A model generated the notes under the pieces. That model was not told where the DNA came from, searched no databases, and was given only the letters and a program-made list of their open reading frames with translations. Positions 1 to 9,103 of a stretch of 64,000 nt of DNA are shown here, one piece after another. A program made the translations under genes and the position numbers. How positions within the stretch are numbered: the first letter of the stretch is position 1; the number at the start of each line of letters is the position of its first letter. Origin of the DNA: Candidatus Enterousia avicola (GTDB taxonomy: Bacteria > Pseudomonadota > Alphaproteobacteria > Rs-D84). The stretch is taken from positions 240 through 64,239 of the forward strand of contig DVNO01000036.1 of the NCBI GenBank assembly GCA_018714345.1, given 5' to 3'.

Positions 1-731
1 GTGGTTGTACCATTTGGCAAGACCGCCGCCAAAATCACGAACTGGTGACCCGAAAACAGAGATTTATGAGACGCTTGTAACTGACGCTGTCCAGCCTCTG
101 CTAATGCACGTGTGCTATAAGAGCCTATCTGTGCATACCAAGAATAAGCTTTTGGTGCAGTTTGCGCTTTTTGACTCTGAGACGTACGACGAACAGTCTG
201 CTGCTGCGCTGTTGTTTTTGTTACCGTCTTCTTAGCCGTAACAGGTTTCGCTGCAACGGGTTCTGCTGGTTCCGATTTAACCGCTGCTTTCTCGGGATTA
301 AATTTAACTTCTTTCCTATCTTCTATAACCCGCACAGGAACACCAGGTGTTGTATTCTGCACGACTGGCTGCGGTACCGGTTGTTGTACAACAGGCTGTG
401 GTGCCGGTTGCGGCTGAACAGTAACAACATTCACAGGTTGACCAGGTCTCGCATCAGGTGCTGGCGGAACGACTAAAGGTGCATCCGCTTCTTGCCCTTC
501 AACTATTACAGCTGGGGCATCTAAGTCTACCTCCATCGTAGAAGAAGAATCCCCACCAACGATACGAATTATTACATACGTCGCCAATATTATAATCAAA
601 ACACCTACACCGATAAGCAACCACGGTTTCTTAGGACGCGGCGTTGAAAAAGGTGTTGCATCTGGCAACGTGTCCATTGTATCAGAGTCATCGTTCAGAT
701 CTAATAAATCCAAGTTATCGTCATTATTCAT
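1..731 (-). CDS. SPOR-domain membrane protein (FtsN-like), runs off the window edge
   Basis: Translated manually; absent from the ORF track. MNNDDNLDLL..., one TM helix (PWLLIGVGVLIIILATYVII), a long Pro/Gln/Val-rich linker, then SPOR-like WYAQIGSYSTRALAEAGQRQLQASHKSLF. No stop before position 1. Confidence 0.8.
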   Translation of the reverse strand, partial: MNNDDNLDLLDLNDDSDTMDTLPDATPFSTPRPKKPWLLIGVGVLIIILATYVIIRIVGGDSSSTMEVDLDAPAVIVEGQEADAPLVVPPAPDARPGQPVNVVTVQPQPAPQPVVQQPVPQPVVQNTTPGVPVRVIEDRKEVKFNPEKAAVKSEPAEPVAAKPVTAKKTVTKTTAQQQTVRRTSQSQKAQTAPKAYSWYAQIGSYSTRALAEAGQRQLQASHKSLFSGHQFVILAAVLPNGTT

Positions 732-804
732 AAGGATTCTCCCATAGTTCTTTGTGAACAATTATACCACAAAAACCGCAATTTTCAAAGACTATATGAA
801 TTAA

Positions 805-948
805 TTACTTCGGCATTTGCCCAAAATTTGGTGGAACTATCAGTTTATGATTTTCCTCTACAATTGGTTCTGTTTCACATTTTGACATACATGCTGATAA
901 AAGCATTGGCGTCGCAATTACAGCAATTAATAAAATTATTTTTTTCAT
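805..948 (-). CDS. Small 47-aa lipoprotein (DUF3035-like LIVPPNF motif)
   Basis: Translated manually: MKKIILLIAVIATPMLLSAC-MSKCETEPIVEENHKLIVPPNFGQMPK. Lipobox LSAC; AAGGA RBS upstream. Confidence 0.75.
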   Translation of the reverse strand: MKKIILLIAVIATPMLLSACMSKCETEPIVEENHKLIVPPNFGQMPK

Positions 949-1016
949 GAATATATCCTTTTTCCTATTCACAGACATATTATAATGGCGCGTTTACAAC
1001 GCGCCATACTTTATTT

Positions 1017-2750
1017 TTATGCAGGTAATTTTACCGCGTTCTTTATTTGCTCAATAAACTCGCTTAAAGGCATTGTTTCCTGCTTTTCTACTCCAAGACG
1101 ACGCAGTGTAACCGTTTTGTCTGCCATTTCTTTTTCACCAACAACAGCGATTATAGGTGTCTTTGCAAGCGATAATTCACGGATTTTATAATTTACCTTT
1201 TCATCACGCAAATCTGCACGTGCATAAACACCATTGTCACGCAATTGTTCAACTATATCTTCTGCATATTCGCGGAACTTTTCAGAAATAGGCGCAACAA
1301 CGACAGGTTCTGGGGACAACCACAAAGGTAAATTACCACCAGTTGATTCTAACAAGATTCCCATGAAACGTTCAATAGAGCCCAACATAGCACGATGCAA
1401 CATAATTGGACGATGCTTTTCACCATCTTCTCCGATATAAGACAAATCAAAGCGTTCAGGTAAATTCATATCCAGCTGCACCGTACCACACTGCCAAGTA
1501 CGTCCCAGCGCATCTTTTAGATAGTTATCAATTTTTGGTCCATAGAATGCGGCGTCGCCTTCTGCAATCTCGTATTCAATTCCATTGGCGTCCAAAGCAT
1601 GCTTCAACGCCCCTTCAGCTTTGTCCCAAATTTCGTCAGAACCGATACGGAATTCAGAATCCTTACGCGTAGCCAATTTCATAGAAATCTGAGTAAAACC
1701 AAACTTTCCATAAATGTCTTTGATAAAGCGCAAAATTTTTACAACTTCTGCCTCTAACTGTTCTTCTGTGCAGAAAATGTGCGCATCATCTTGCGTAAAT
1801 TCACGTACACGCATTAATCCAGACAAAGCACCAGCAGCCTCATAACGGTTTACTTTTCCAAATTCGGCCAAGTATAAAGGCAAATCTTTGTAAGACTTGA
1901 TACCCTGACCAAACACTAACATACCGCCTGGGCAAGACATAGGTTTTACACAGAAAGTTTTACCATCTTGCGTTTTACCAGAATAGTTGTGTTCTCCGTA
2001 TTTAGCCCAGTGACCGCTGCGCTCCCACAAAGAACGATCCATAACAGATGGTGTTGAAATTTCTTGATAACCTGCCCTTTCTTGACGTTTGCGGATATAT
2101 TCTATCAATTTACGATATATCTTATACCCTTTGTCGTGCCAGAATACTGCGCCCGGTGCATATTCAGGTTCAAAATGGAACAAGTCCATATCTTTACCCA
2201 ATTTACGGTTATCGCGCATGGCTGCTTCTTCTTGCATCTTCAAAAACTGTTCTAGCTCTTCTTTCGTAGAAAACGCATCAACGTAAATACGCTGCAACAT
2301 TTTATTTTTCGCATCACCTTTCCAATAAGCACCTGCAACATTACGGATTTTAAACGAATCGCGCGGTAAATCTTTTGAAGATTCTACGTGTGGCCCACGG
2401 CACAAATCTACAAAATCACGAAAAGTATAAACAGACAACTGTTCGCCAGCCGCATCGTATTCATTCAACCATTCCATCTTGTACGGTTGATTTGCAAAAA
2501 TCTGTTTCGCTTCATCCAAAGATACATTGCGCTGTTCAAAGCGACCGTTTGATTTAATTAACGCGCGCATTTCGTGCTCAATTTTTTCAAAATCATCTTC
2601 GGAAAATCTGTGTTCTGTATCAAAGTCATAATAGAACCCATTTTCAATTGCGGGACCACCAGCAAATTTAACATCTGGATACAACTTTTGTACAGCTGCC
2701 GCCATAACATGTGCTAACGAATGGCGAATCGTTTCAATAGGATATGACAT
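1017..2750 (-). CDS. thrS: Threonine--tRNA ligase (lacks the N-terminal TGS domain)
   Basis: Editing domain RHSLAH...DLCRGPH; KPMSCPG; GLMRVREFTQDDAHIF; AFYGPKID; HRAMLGSIERF; C-terminal anticodon-binding domain. Confidence 0.98.
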   Translation of the reverse strand: MSYPIETIRHSLAHVMAAAVQKLYPDVKFAGGPAIENGFYYDFDTEHRFSEDDFEKIEHEMRALIKSNGRFEQRNVSLDEAKQIFANQPYKMEWLNEYDAAGEQLSVYTFRDFVDLCRGPHVESSKDLPRDSFKIRNVAGAYWKGDAKNKMLQRIYVDAFSTKEELEQFLKMQEEAAMRDNRKLGKDMDLFHFEPEYAPGAVFWHDKGYKIYRKLIEYIRKRQERAGYQEISTPSVMDRSLWERSGHWAKYGEHNYSGKTQDGKTFCVKPMSCPGGMLVFGQGIKSYKDLPLYLAEFGKVNRYEAAGALSGLMRVREFTQDDAHIFCTEEQLEAEVVKILRFIKDIYGKFGFTQISMKLATRKDSEFRIGSDEIWDKAEGALKHALDANGIEYEIAEGDAAFYGPKIDNYLKDALGRTWQCGTVQLDMNLPERFDLSYIGEDGEKHRPIMLHRAMLGSIERFMGILLESTGGNLPLWLSPEPVVVAPISEKFREYAEDIVEQLRDNGVYARADLRDEKVNYKIRELSLAKTPIIAVVGEKEMADKTVTLRRLGVEKQETMPLSEFIEQIKNAVKLPA

Positions 2751-2807
2751 AATAAAAATCCTTATATTTATTAAAGTAATATTAAATTGTTGTTAATTAT
2801 TGCACTG

Positions 2808-2849
2808 TGCGGGAAAAACCGCAAATAGAATCTACACCCCCGCAGGGGT
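2808..2849 (-). promoter_or_regulatory. Alternative RNA hairpins of the thrS leader (attenuator-like)
   Basis: ACCCC-UGCG-GGGGU (2849-2836) and UGCGG-UUUUUC-CCGCA (2823-2808). UGCGGG from the first can instead pair with CCCGCA from the second. No U-tract follows. Confidence 0.6.
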
Positions 2850-2891
2850 TGTTGTTGTAGTTGTAAAGAAGAAAACAACACTATTTTTCAT
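2832..2891 (-). CDS. Putative thrS leader peptide MKNSVVFFFTTTTTTPAGV (19 aa, six consecutive Thr)
   Basis: ATG at 2891, TAG at 2834-2832. Codons ACA ACT ACA ACA ACA ACC. Lies between a consensus promoter and thrS, 81 nt upstream of the thrS ATG. Confidence 0.85.
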   Translation of the reverse strand: MKNSVVFFFTTTTTTPAGV

Positions 2892-2901
2892 AACGACCGT
2901 G

Positions 2902-2930
2902 ATTTTAGTACTTAAAACAAATAATGTCAA
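2902..2930 (-). promoter_or_regulatory. Sigma70-type promoter for the leader-thrS transcript
   Basis: TTGACA (2930-2925), 17-nt spacer, TAAAAT (2907-2902); the leader ATG lies 10 nt downstream. Confidence 0.8.
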
Positions 2931-2937
2931 ACCTGTT

Positions 2938-3687
2938 TTACATCACATCAATTATACAACCAAACAACACCGCAAAGAAGAAGCAAACGCTACCGCCTAT
3001 AACAAACAAGTGCCATACAGCATGAGAATACTTCATCCTGCGCCACAGATAGAATATTACGCCCAATGAGTACGACAAGCCACCGGCCAATATAAACCAC
3101 AAGCCTCGTACAGGGATGTTATACAGCATTGCAGGTAATATGAACAATAATGTCCACCCCATAAGAAGATAAAGTGCGACTATCCATTTTGGCTGTTGTT
3201 TTGGATTACGCATTTTCATAATAGAACCAAATATAACAATTGCCCATAAAATGCCAAAAACGGTCCAACCTATCCAACCACGCAAATTTACCAACAAGAA
3301 AGGCGTGTATGTGCCGGCTATTAAGGCATATATAGCCACACTATCCCATACCTCAAAGAAACATTCCCCCTTTTTTCCTATTGTCGCGTGGCACATTGTG
3401 GACCCGAAATAAAGCGTGAACATAGTCAAACCAAATATGGCACAAGAAACTATTGCCCACGGGTCACCCTTCAACGAAGCAAAAACAACTAACAAAGTTA
3501 ATCCGGCAATTGCCAGCCCAATACCGATACCATGCGTTAGTATATTTAACGCCTCTTCAGATTTTGTACTTGGTCTTTCCCAGCGGAATAAACCTGTTGC
3601 ACGAAGTATACGTAGCAAACGACCGCCGCGCGAATCGGATTTAACCGCTTTAAGTTTTTCACGAACAACTTTTTTTGATTTAACCAT
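2938..3687 (-). CDS. Hemolysin III family (YqfA/PAQR) membrane protein
   Basis: EEALNILTHGIG, DSVAIYALIAGTYTPF and HAVWHLFV motifs; about 7 TM segments. Confidence 0.93.
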   Translation of the reverse strand: MVKSKKVVREKLKAVKSDSRGGRLLRILRATGLFRWERPSTKSEEALNILTHGIGIGLAIAGLTLLVVFASLKGDPWAIVSCAIFGLTMFTLYFGSTMCHATIGKKGECFFEVWDSVAIYALIAGTYTPFLLVNLRGWIGWTVFGILWAIVIFGSIMKMRNPKQQPKWIVALYLLMGWTLLFILPAMLYNIPVRGLWFILAGGLSYSLGVIFYLWRRMKYSHAVWHLFVIGGSVCFFFAVLFGCIIDVM

Positions 3688-5260
3688 TGATTACATCCTT
3701 TATACGACTTACAACCTTATCTTGTCCCATAACTTGCATAATAGAATACAAGTCTGGTGTATTTGTGCGACCTGTTAAAGCCACGCGCAAATTCATTGCT
3801 ACTTCACCATTTTTTACGCCTTTATCGGCGGCGATTGCAACAATCTTTGCCCACCAAGAATCTTTATCATCACAAATATCAAATGTTGATAAAAACGCAG
3901 ATAATAAATCTTTATTAAATTCGTAATCTTTATTTGACACAAACAAATCATCCCAGAAGTAAGAAACCTCCTGCAAAGTTTGTTTCCACGTAATAAAATC
4001 CTTGCGAATACGTTTTGGGTTGTCGCGTTCAATAGCCAAAATATTTTTCAAATATTCTGGATCATTACCGATTCGCGCCGCCCATTGCAAATCATATTCA
4101 TCGGCCCAATCACGAACCCGCTTAACCAATTCATCAACTGGCAAGGTAGCGATATATTCTTTCGCCCACCATTCAAGTTTTTTCATATCAAACAAGGCGC
4201 CAGACATAGGTATCTTCTTTGGACGCATTTCGTAATCCCAAATAGATTTTACCTGTCCTTTAGATTTGGCCTCTTCATAACCAGATGCCGCAATATTTCC
4301 AAGGTACTCTAAAACCGCCTCAACTGGCCAACCATCTTGAAGGAAGAAAGCCACATTAGCTTCTGGATCATGGCGTTTTGATAACTTGCGCTGCTTACCA
4401 GTTTCTTCATCAATTTTATCGATTGTAGAGGTATGAATATATAACGGCGGTGTCCAGCCCATCATCCTAAATAATTGAATATGCAGCGGGAACGAAGGCA
4501 ACCACTCTTCCCCACGAACGACATGAGTCGTACGCATAAAGTGGTCATCACACAAGTGTGCAAAATGGTATGTCGGCAGTCCGTCATTTGATTTTATTAA
4601 GACAATATCTTCATTATTTTCTGGGAAACCTATAGAACCACGGACAGCATCTTTACAAAAAATACGATTCGCTGGGTTGCCCATAGAATACAAACGAATC
4701 GATGGCACTTCACCCGCATCCAATCGACGTGTTATTTCTTCTTCTGATATATCTCTATCCCGCGCAAACTCGCCATATATACCAGTTGCAAAACCAGCTG
4801 CCTTTTGATTTTCACGAATTTTATCCATATCTTCCGGCGTCAGAAAACATGGGTACGCCAAACCACGTGCCAACAAATCTGCTGCTACACTGTGATAAAT
4901 ATCTTTACGCTGAGACTGATAATAAGGCCCATATTCTGGAATATCGTTGTATTCCAAACCGAATCTGTGCATAGAATCTTCAATTATCCTGACTGCGTCA
5001 GCAACCTCGCGCTTGGTATCCGTATCTTCTATGCGCAACATAAACACCCCACCAGATTGACGGGCCAATTTACAATCAATAAACGCCTGATATAAGCCAC
5101 CAATATGCATATACCCTGTCGGGCTTGGTGCAAATCGTGTAACAAACGCCCCTTCTGGTAAATTACGTGGAGGATATTTTGCCTCTAACTCTTCCAAAGT
5201 GTATTTTGGTGCTGCACCCAATACACGTGCAATAACCTCTGCTGATAAACCTTTACGCAT
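3680..5260 (-). CDS. gltX: Glutamate--tRNA ligase
   Basis: TRFAPSPTGYMHIGG (HIGH), LRIEDTD, PTYHFAH, THVVRGEEW, KLSKR (KMSKS). Confidence 0.95.
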   Translation of the reverse strand: MRKGLSAEVIARVLGAAPKYTLEELEAKYPPRNLPEGAFVTRFAPSPTGYMHIGGLYQAFIDCKLARQSGGVFMLRIEDTDTKREVADAVRIIEDSMHRFGLEYNDIPEYGPYYQSQRKDIYHSVAADLLARGLAYPCFLTPEDMDKIRENQKAAGFATGIYGEFARDRDISEEEITRRLDAGEVPSIRLYSMGNPANRIFCKDAVRGSIGFPENNEDIVLIKSNDGLPTYHFAHLCDDHFMRTTHVVRGEEWLPSFPLHIQLFRMMGWTPPLYIHTSTIDKIDEETGKQRKLSKRHDPEANVAFFLQDGWPVEAVLEYLGNIAASGYEEAKSKGQVKSIWDYEMRPKKIPMSGALFDMKKLEWWAKEYIATLPVDELVKRVRDWADEYDLQWAARIGNDPEYLKNILAIERDNPKRIRKDFITWKQTLQEVSYFWDDLFVSNKDYEFNKDLLSAFLSTFDICDDKDSWWAKIVAIAADKGVKNGEVAMNLRVALTGRTNTPDLYSIMQVMGQDKVVSRIKDVING

Positions 5261-5813
5261 TTTTATTTTCCTTTTCCCATTCTGACTTTAACTTAGAATA
5301 AGTATACACATCTTTCAACTTATCATAGATCATATAACTCTGACGACGAATGCCCTCACAAACATATCCTGCACGCTTTGCAACATTTTCAGATTTTATA
5401 TTTTCTGTCTCCATAATAATTTCTATTCTGTTCACATCCATATTTTTAAATGCAAAGTCTTCTAACTTTTTAACACAACGCGTCATTATACCACGACCGG
5501 TGTATTTATTTGACAGCCAATACGCAATCTCAGCAATTTTATTTTTTTTAGAACTAATATCAACACCAACGTTTCCAACTATTTTTCCATCGTATATTAT
5601 GTAATAAGACCCATTATCAGTTTGGGAGACTTTATACATATGCATAAACATATCTTCTGGACAGCGAGATTCATCAATCCAGGACAAAAAGCGACGTAAA
5701 GAATCACGCTCGGCATCTACAACATCAAAAATTCTACGCGCATTTTCAAATGTAGGTTCTATTTTCTCTAATGTTATATCGTCAAATTTAATGACCTTGG
5801 GGTATTCTGTCAT
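5253..5813 (-). CDS. RimJ/RimL-family GNAT N-acetyltransferase
   Basis: AEIAYWLSNKYTGRGIMT; NIKSENVAKRAGYVCEG. Confidence 0.9.
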   Translation of the reverse strand: MTEYPKVIKFDDITLEKIEPTFENARRIFDVVDAERDSLRRFLSWIDESRCPEDMFMHMYKVSQTDNGSYYIIYDGKIVGNVGVDISSKKNKIAEIAYWLSNKYTGRGIMTRCVKKLEDFAFKNMDVNRIEIIMETENIKSENVAKRAGYVCEGIRRQSYMIYDKLKDVYTYSKLKSEWEKENKNA

Positions 5814-5822
5814 ATTTTAACC

Positions 5823-5851
5823 TTGTATTCGTATACGCTGAATTTTATACT
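5823..5851 (+). promoter_or_regulatory. Sigma70-type promoter of trmB, probably leaderless
   Basis: TTGTAT, 17-nt spacer, TATACT; ATG 6 nt downstream; no SD. Confidence 0.55.
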
Positions 5852-5857
5852 AATTAT

Positions 5858-6493
5858 ATGGAAAAACAAGAAATAAGAACTTTTGGACGCCGTCACGGCA
5901 AGAAATTATCAGCACGTCAAAATTTATTACTAGAAGCCGTGCTGCCAACCATAAAGCCGGCAAATTTGCCATTAAACACGTCTATGATTTTAGAAATCGG
6001 CTTCGGTTCAGGTGAACATCTACGCGAAATAAGCCGGCAAATGCCGGATAAAATCATAATTGGTGCCGAACCTTTTATGAATGGCGTAGCATCGCTATTA
6101 TCGGCAATCACAGATACAAACAATTCGATTCGTTCTGAATACAAAAATATAAGAATTTTTCCTGATGATGTCCGAGACTTTTTACATAATACCGATTCGA
6201 AATTTGAACAAATATGGGTTCTACATCCTGACCCATGGCCAAAGGCACGCCATGAAAAACGGCGACTTTTAAACGCAGAATTTTTAACGTTATTATCTAA
6301 ACACCTAACCCCAAACGGAGAAATAATAATAGGCACAGATCATTGGGAATACTTTGACTGGATAATAGAACAAGTAAAACATACCACGCTTACGGCAACT
6401 ATACCAGACCTGGCAACCATACACACCCGCTATCAAGAAAAAAATAAAGCCGGCACAACATCACCAAAGTACATGGTTCTTACAAATAGTTGA
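5858..6493 (+). CDS. trmB: tRNA (guanine-N7)-methyltransferase
   Basis: LEIGFGSGEH, GAEPFMNG, HPDPWPKARHEKRRL. Confidence 0.96.
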   Translation: MEKQEIRTFGRRHGKKLSARQNLLLEAVLPTIKPANLPLNTSMILEIGFGSGEHLREISRQMPDKIIIGAEPFMNGVASLLSAITDTNNSIRSEYKNIRIFPDDVRDFLHNTDSKFEQIWVLHPDPWPKARHEKRRLLNAEFLTLLSKHLTPNGEIIIGTDHWEYFDWIIEQVKHTTLTATIPDLATIHTRYQEKNKAGTTSPKYMVLTNS

Positions 6494-7148
6494 TAAAAAA
6501 TTTAACTTTCTGCGATAAATCAGGCCTAATTGCTTGAAACAAGCGTGCAGTTTGCTCTATACGATTACCGTTGTTACCCAAAAGAAAATGAAATTCGAAA
6601 TCATCTTCGGGCGTCAAAGCGTTCAGCGCAGCATAAACCCTGCCTACGTAATCAGAATTATCACCTTCATCTTTTGGTAAAACCAACAATAATCCACTTG
6701 CCCGCATTTTTTTTAATGCATCAAATAAGTGTTGCCATTCAAAAGGCCCTAGTTCATTTATATCAATACCAAAAAATAGAGACTTATTAAAAAACAAATC
6801 ATCTCTTATCAAATATAATTGAGAAACAAACGCATCTATATCTCGCATAGCGACAAAGACCTGTGCACCATCTGCCCCATTTTTAAATGCTTGGTTTATT
6901 TTAGCGGACAAAAAGGAAATTTGGTCTGAGTCTTGACCCTTTAAGTAAAATCGTGAGAAAATTTTGACCTGTTTTCCTTCCAACCAGGGCCACACGATAG
7001 AAACAGAATCTGTTCCAACAGACATATATGGGATTCGCTTTTCTATAGCAACCGAAGCAGCCTGAGCCAAATCAGTTGGTTCAATTCCAGCCGAGCACCA
7101 TATTGCCGCCTCACTAATATTATCAAGAATGTTATCCGGACTTATCAT
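6480..7148 (-). CDS. Hypothetical protein, degenerate DeoC/class I aldolase-like TIM barrel
   Basis: 222-aa ORF. Resemblance to DeoC by eye (AFKNGADGAQVFV vs GADEIDMV), but no catalytic FVKTSTG motif. Confidence 0.6.
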   Translation of the reverse strand: MISPDNILDNISEAAIWCSAGIEPTDLAQAASVAIEKRIPYMSVGTDSVSIVWPWLEGKQVKIFSRFYLKGQDSDQISFLSAKINQAFKNGADGAQVFVAMRDIDAFVSQLYLIRDDLFFNKSLFFGIDINELGPFEWQHLFDALKKMRASGLLLVLPKDEGDNSDYVGRVYAALNALTPEDDFEFHFLLGNNGNRIEQTARLFQAIRPDLSQKVKFFINYL

Positions 7149-7193
7149 TGCTCTTTTTACTTTATCACAAAATATGATATAATGAAAATCAAT

Positions 7194-8150
7194 ATGAGAA
7201 TACGCTTAGACAATGTATTACTGTGCATATTATGGATCCTAGCGGTAACACTGGGCGCATGTTTTTGGTTTAATACAGTATTTGGTTTCAATATATTTTC
7301 TGGCGAACATTGGGAATATGTCGCATCCTTGCAGGCGACCAAAGCACCGATTAAAACTACATTTTACGTTTCAATGGCAATCACGATATTTGTAGCTATT
7401 CTGGGCTTATACATGGTAGTCAGACCAAGTATGAGGAAAATTCGACTGCCCATAATAAAAAAATCTAATCACACAAATGATATAAAAACGCAAAAAGTCC
7501 AAGACGCTACAACTACACAAAGCATCAAACCAGATACAGATGCATCCACATTAGATATTATCTCTGAGGGTGCACAACAAGGCATAGCCGCCTCCCCTCG
7601 TCCACAGGGACCATCTGCGTCTGCAAGGCCACCCAGACTTGTGCTGCCCAAAATAAACAATACCGGCGCATTTCAACAACCCTCATCTCAACTGTCACCA
7701 ATAGCACAACCAAGAAATACTGGGCCAACTGATGAAGACGTAAAAAAGCTAGAAGAAATTTTCACAAACGCTGGCTATGCAGTAAAAAAGAACGCACGCG
7801 TAAACGGCATAATGACCGCATTAATTGCGATTGGTTCTAACGAGACAATGTGGCTTGGCTGCGTTGGTGTGCCAACAACTAAAGTAAGGGAAATAATAGA
7901 AAAATTTGAACAGATTTTTTCTGACACCTTAGACGAAACAGAAATAAATATAAATGGTTTTACCATTTCTGCGCCGGATGAAAGCACATCAGAATTTGAA
8001 GACATTCTTATGTTTAAAACAATTGAAGACTTGCAAGCATATATGCAAGACAAACAAAATCCTCTTCCGGAAGACGACGAAGATAGGGAAATGTTTGACG
8101 CCTACTCTCAATACATAGACGCAGTAATAACGCACATAGGATTGATTTAA
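7194..8150 (+). CDS. Hypothetical membrane protein (2 TM, Pro/Gln/Ser linker, acidic C-terminal domain)
   Basis: ORF 7182..8150. The start is placed at ATG 7194 because an extended -10 (TGaTATAAT) overlaps ATG 7182. Confidence 0.75.
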   Translation: MRIRLDNVLLCILWILAVTLGACFWFNTVFGFNIFSGEHWEYVASLQATKAPIKTTFYVSMAITIFVAILGLYMVVRPSMRKIRLPIIKKSNHTNDIKTQKVQDATTTQSIKPDTDASTLDIISEGAQQGIAASPRPQGPSASARPPRLVLPKINNTGAFQQPSSQLSPIAQPRNTGPTDEDVKKLEEIFTNAGYAVKKNARVNGIMTALIAIGSNETMWLGCVGVPTTKVREIIEKFEQIFSDTLDETEININGFTISAPDESTSEFEDILMFKTIEDLQAYMQDKQNPLPEDDEDREMFDAYSQYIDAVITHIGLI

Positions 8151-8659
8151 TGCAACTAACTAAAGAAATTGCAGAAAAAAAATTATCAGACATGAATATG
8201 AGAGACATGCCGATAATGGACTATCACCCTATTCCGGCAATGGTTGCACCTGATTGGTTTAAAAAATATAAAAAACTGTGTCATGAATTTATAATATCTT
8301 TAACAGATTCAATAGAACAACTTGCTTTTATGAACCTATCACAAGACGAGTTTATGGCGTTAATTACGGGTCGCAAGATACCACAGAATCTTTCAATCAG
8401 ATTTCGTGTACCACTTATATGGGGCGGCAAACTAGAAATAGATAATATGTTCATGTGCTGGACGTTTCCAAACTCTCAAAACTTGGATAGGTTTATACAA
8501 GATCAAAATGATGCGAACATCGTATGGTTACCAAATCCCGCCACAAAAATTTATGTACCTGGTCATAATCTGAGTGGTGGTGATGGTGGAAACGCAACAG
8601 AAGACAGGCTTAGCCAAATGGCAGCACAAATAGCAGCATCGCGCGGAATGGAACAATAA
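8150..8659 (+). CDS. Hypothetical protein with a degenerate HNH-nuclease-like motif
   Basis: Coupled to the upstream gene (TAATG). IPQNLSIRFRVPLIWGGKLEIDNMFM mirrors the HNH pattern PxGYxVHHxxPLxxGGxNxxxNL with the His/Asn residues replaced. Confidence 0.65.
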   Translation: MQLTKEIAEKKLSDMNMRDMPIMDYHPIPAMVAPDWFKKYKKLCHEFIISLTDSIEQLAFMNLSQDEFMALITGRKIPQNLSIRFRVPLIWGGKLEIDNMFMCWTFPNSQNLDRFIQDQNDANIVWLPNPATKIYVPGHNLSGGDGGNATEDRLSQMAAQIAASRGMEQ

Positions 8660-8667
8660 AGGCAGAA

Positions 8668-9102
8668 ATGAATTGCAATGAATTTATATCTTTAATGAAA
8701 TCCCATGGTGCAAAATTTGCACCAGCAGCATCTATGCCTTCGATAACATTAGCTAACACAACGTTGCAAAATATTCGCGCTGCAATGCTACCAAAATCCA
8801 TTACAGATTTATATATGCAATGCAGCGCCTTGAACCTTGGGAATGGCTATATATTTGGCCCGACAGAGATAAAACGTGGAAACAAATATCCAATTCCAAG
8901 TATAATTGACATAAACACAAAGCTATCCGGCTGTCCGAGTTTACTTGGTAAAACCGTCTTTGGTAGGAACGATTTGTTTTGGTTTGCTTTTGATTCCTTT
9001 GGAACATATTTCATGTTAGATAACGTGACATTAAAACAGCTGCGAAAGTACGAGGACCCTTATAAAGCAATGTCGGACTGTTTAATTGCTGGGAACATAT
9101 AA
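8668..9102 (+). CDS. SMI1/KNR4 (SUKH) family-like protein
   Basis: PAASMPSITLANTTL...LPKSITDLYMQCSALNLG...IFG...TVFGRNDLFWFAFD fits the SUKH pattern. Confidence 0.7.
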   Translation: MNCNEFISLMKSHGAKFAPAASMPSITLANTTLQNIRAAMLPKSITDLYMQCSALNLGNGYIFGPTEIKRGNKYPIPSIIDINTKLSGCPSLLGKTVFGRNDLFWFAFDSFGTYFMLDNVTLKQLRKYEDPYKAMSDCLIAGNI

Positions 9103-9103
9103 A

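Noticed and set aside
5-476. Plus-strand ORFs 5..235 and 162..476
   Set aside because: They are antisense to the SPOR-domain gene and have implausible composition.
2751-2930. T-box riboswitch or classical intrinsic attenuator upstream of thrS or serS
   Set aside because: No T-box consensus (AAnnnGGGTGGnACC), the leaders are too short, and no hairpin is followed by a U-tract.
2800-3069. Plus-strand ORF with a poly-Val run
   Set aside because: It is the antisense shadow of the Thr leader (GTT = reverse complement of AAC/ACA repeats) and of the hemolysin III gene.
5253-5857. Glu-rich leader peptide for gltX
   Set aside because: gltX overlaps the upstream GNAT gene, and the 44-nt divergent gap before that gene has no uORF. 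The leader system does not cover every aaRS in the window.
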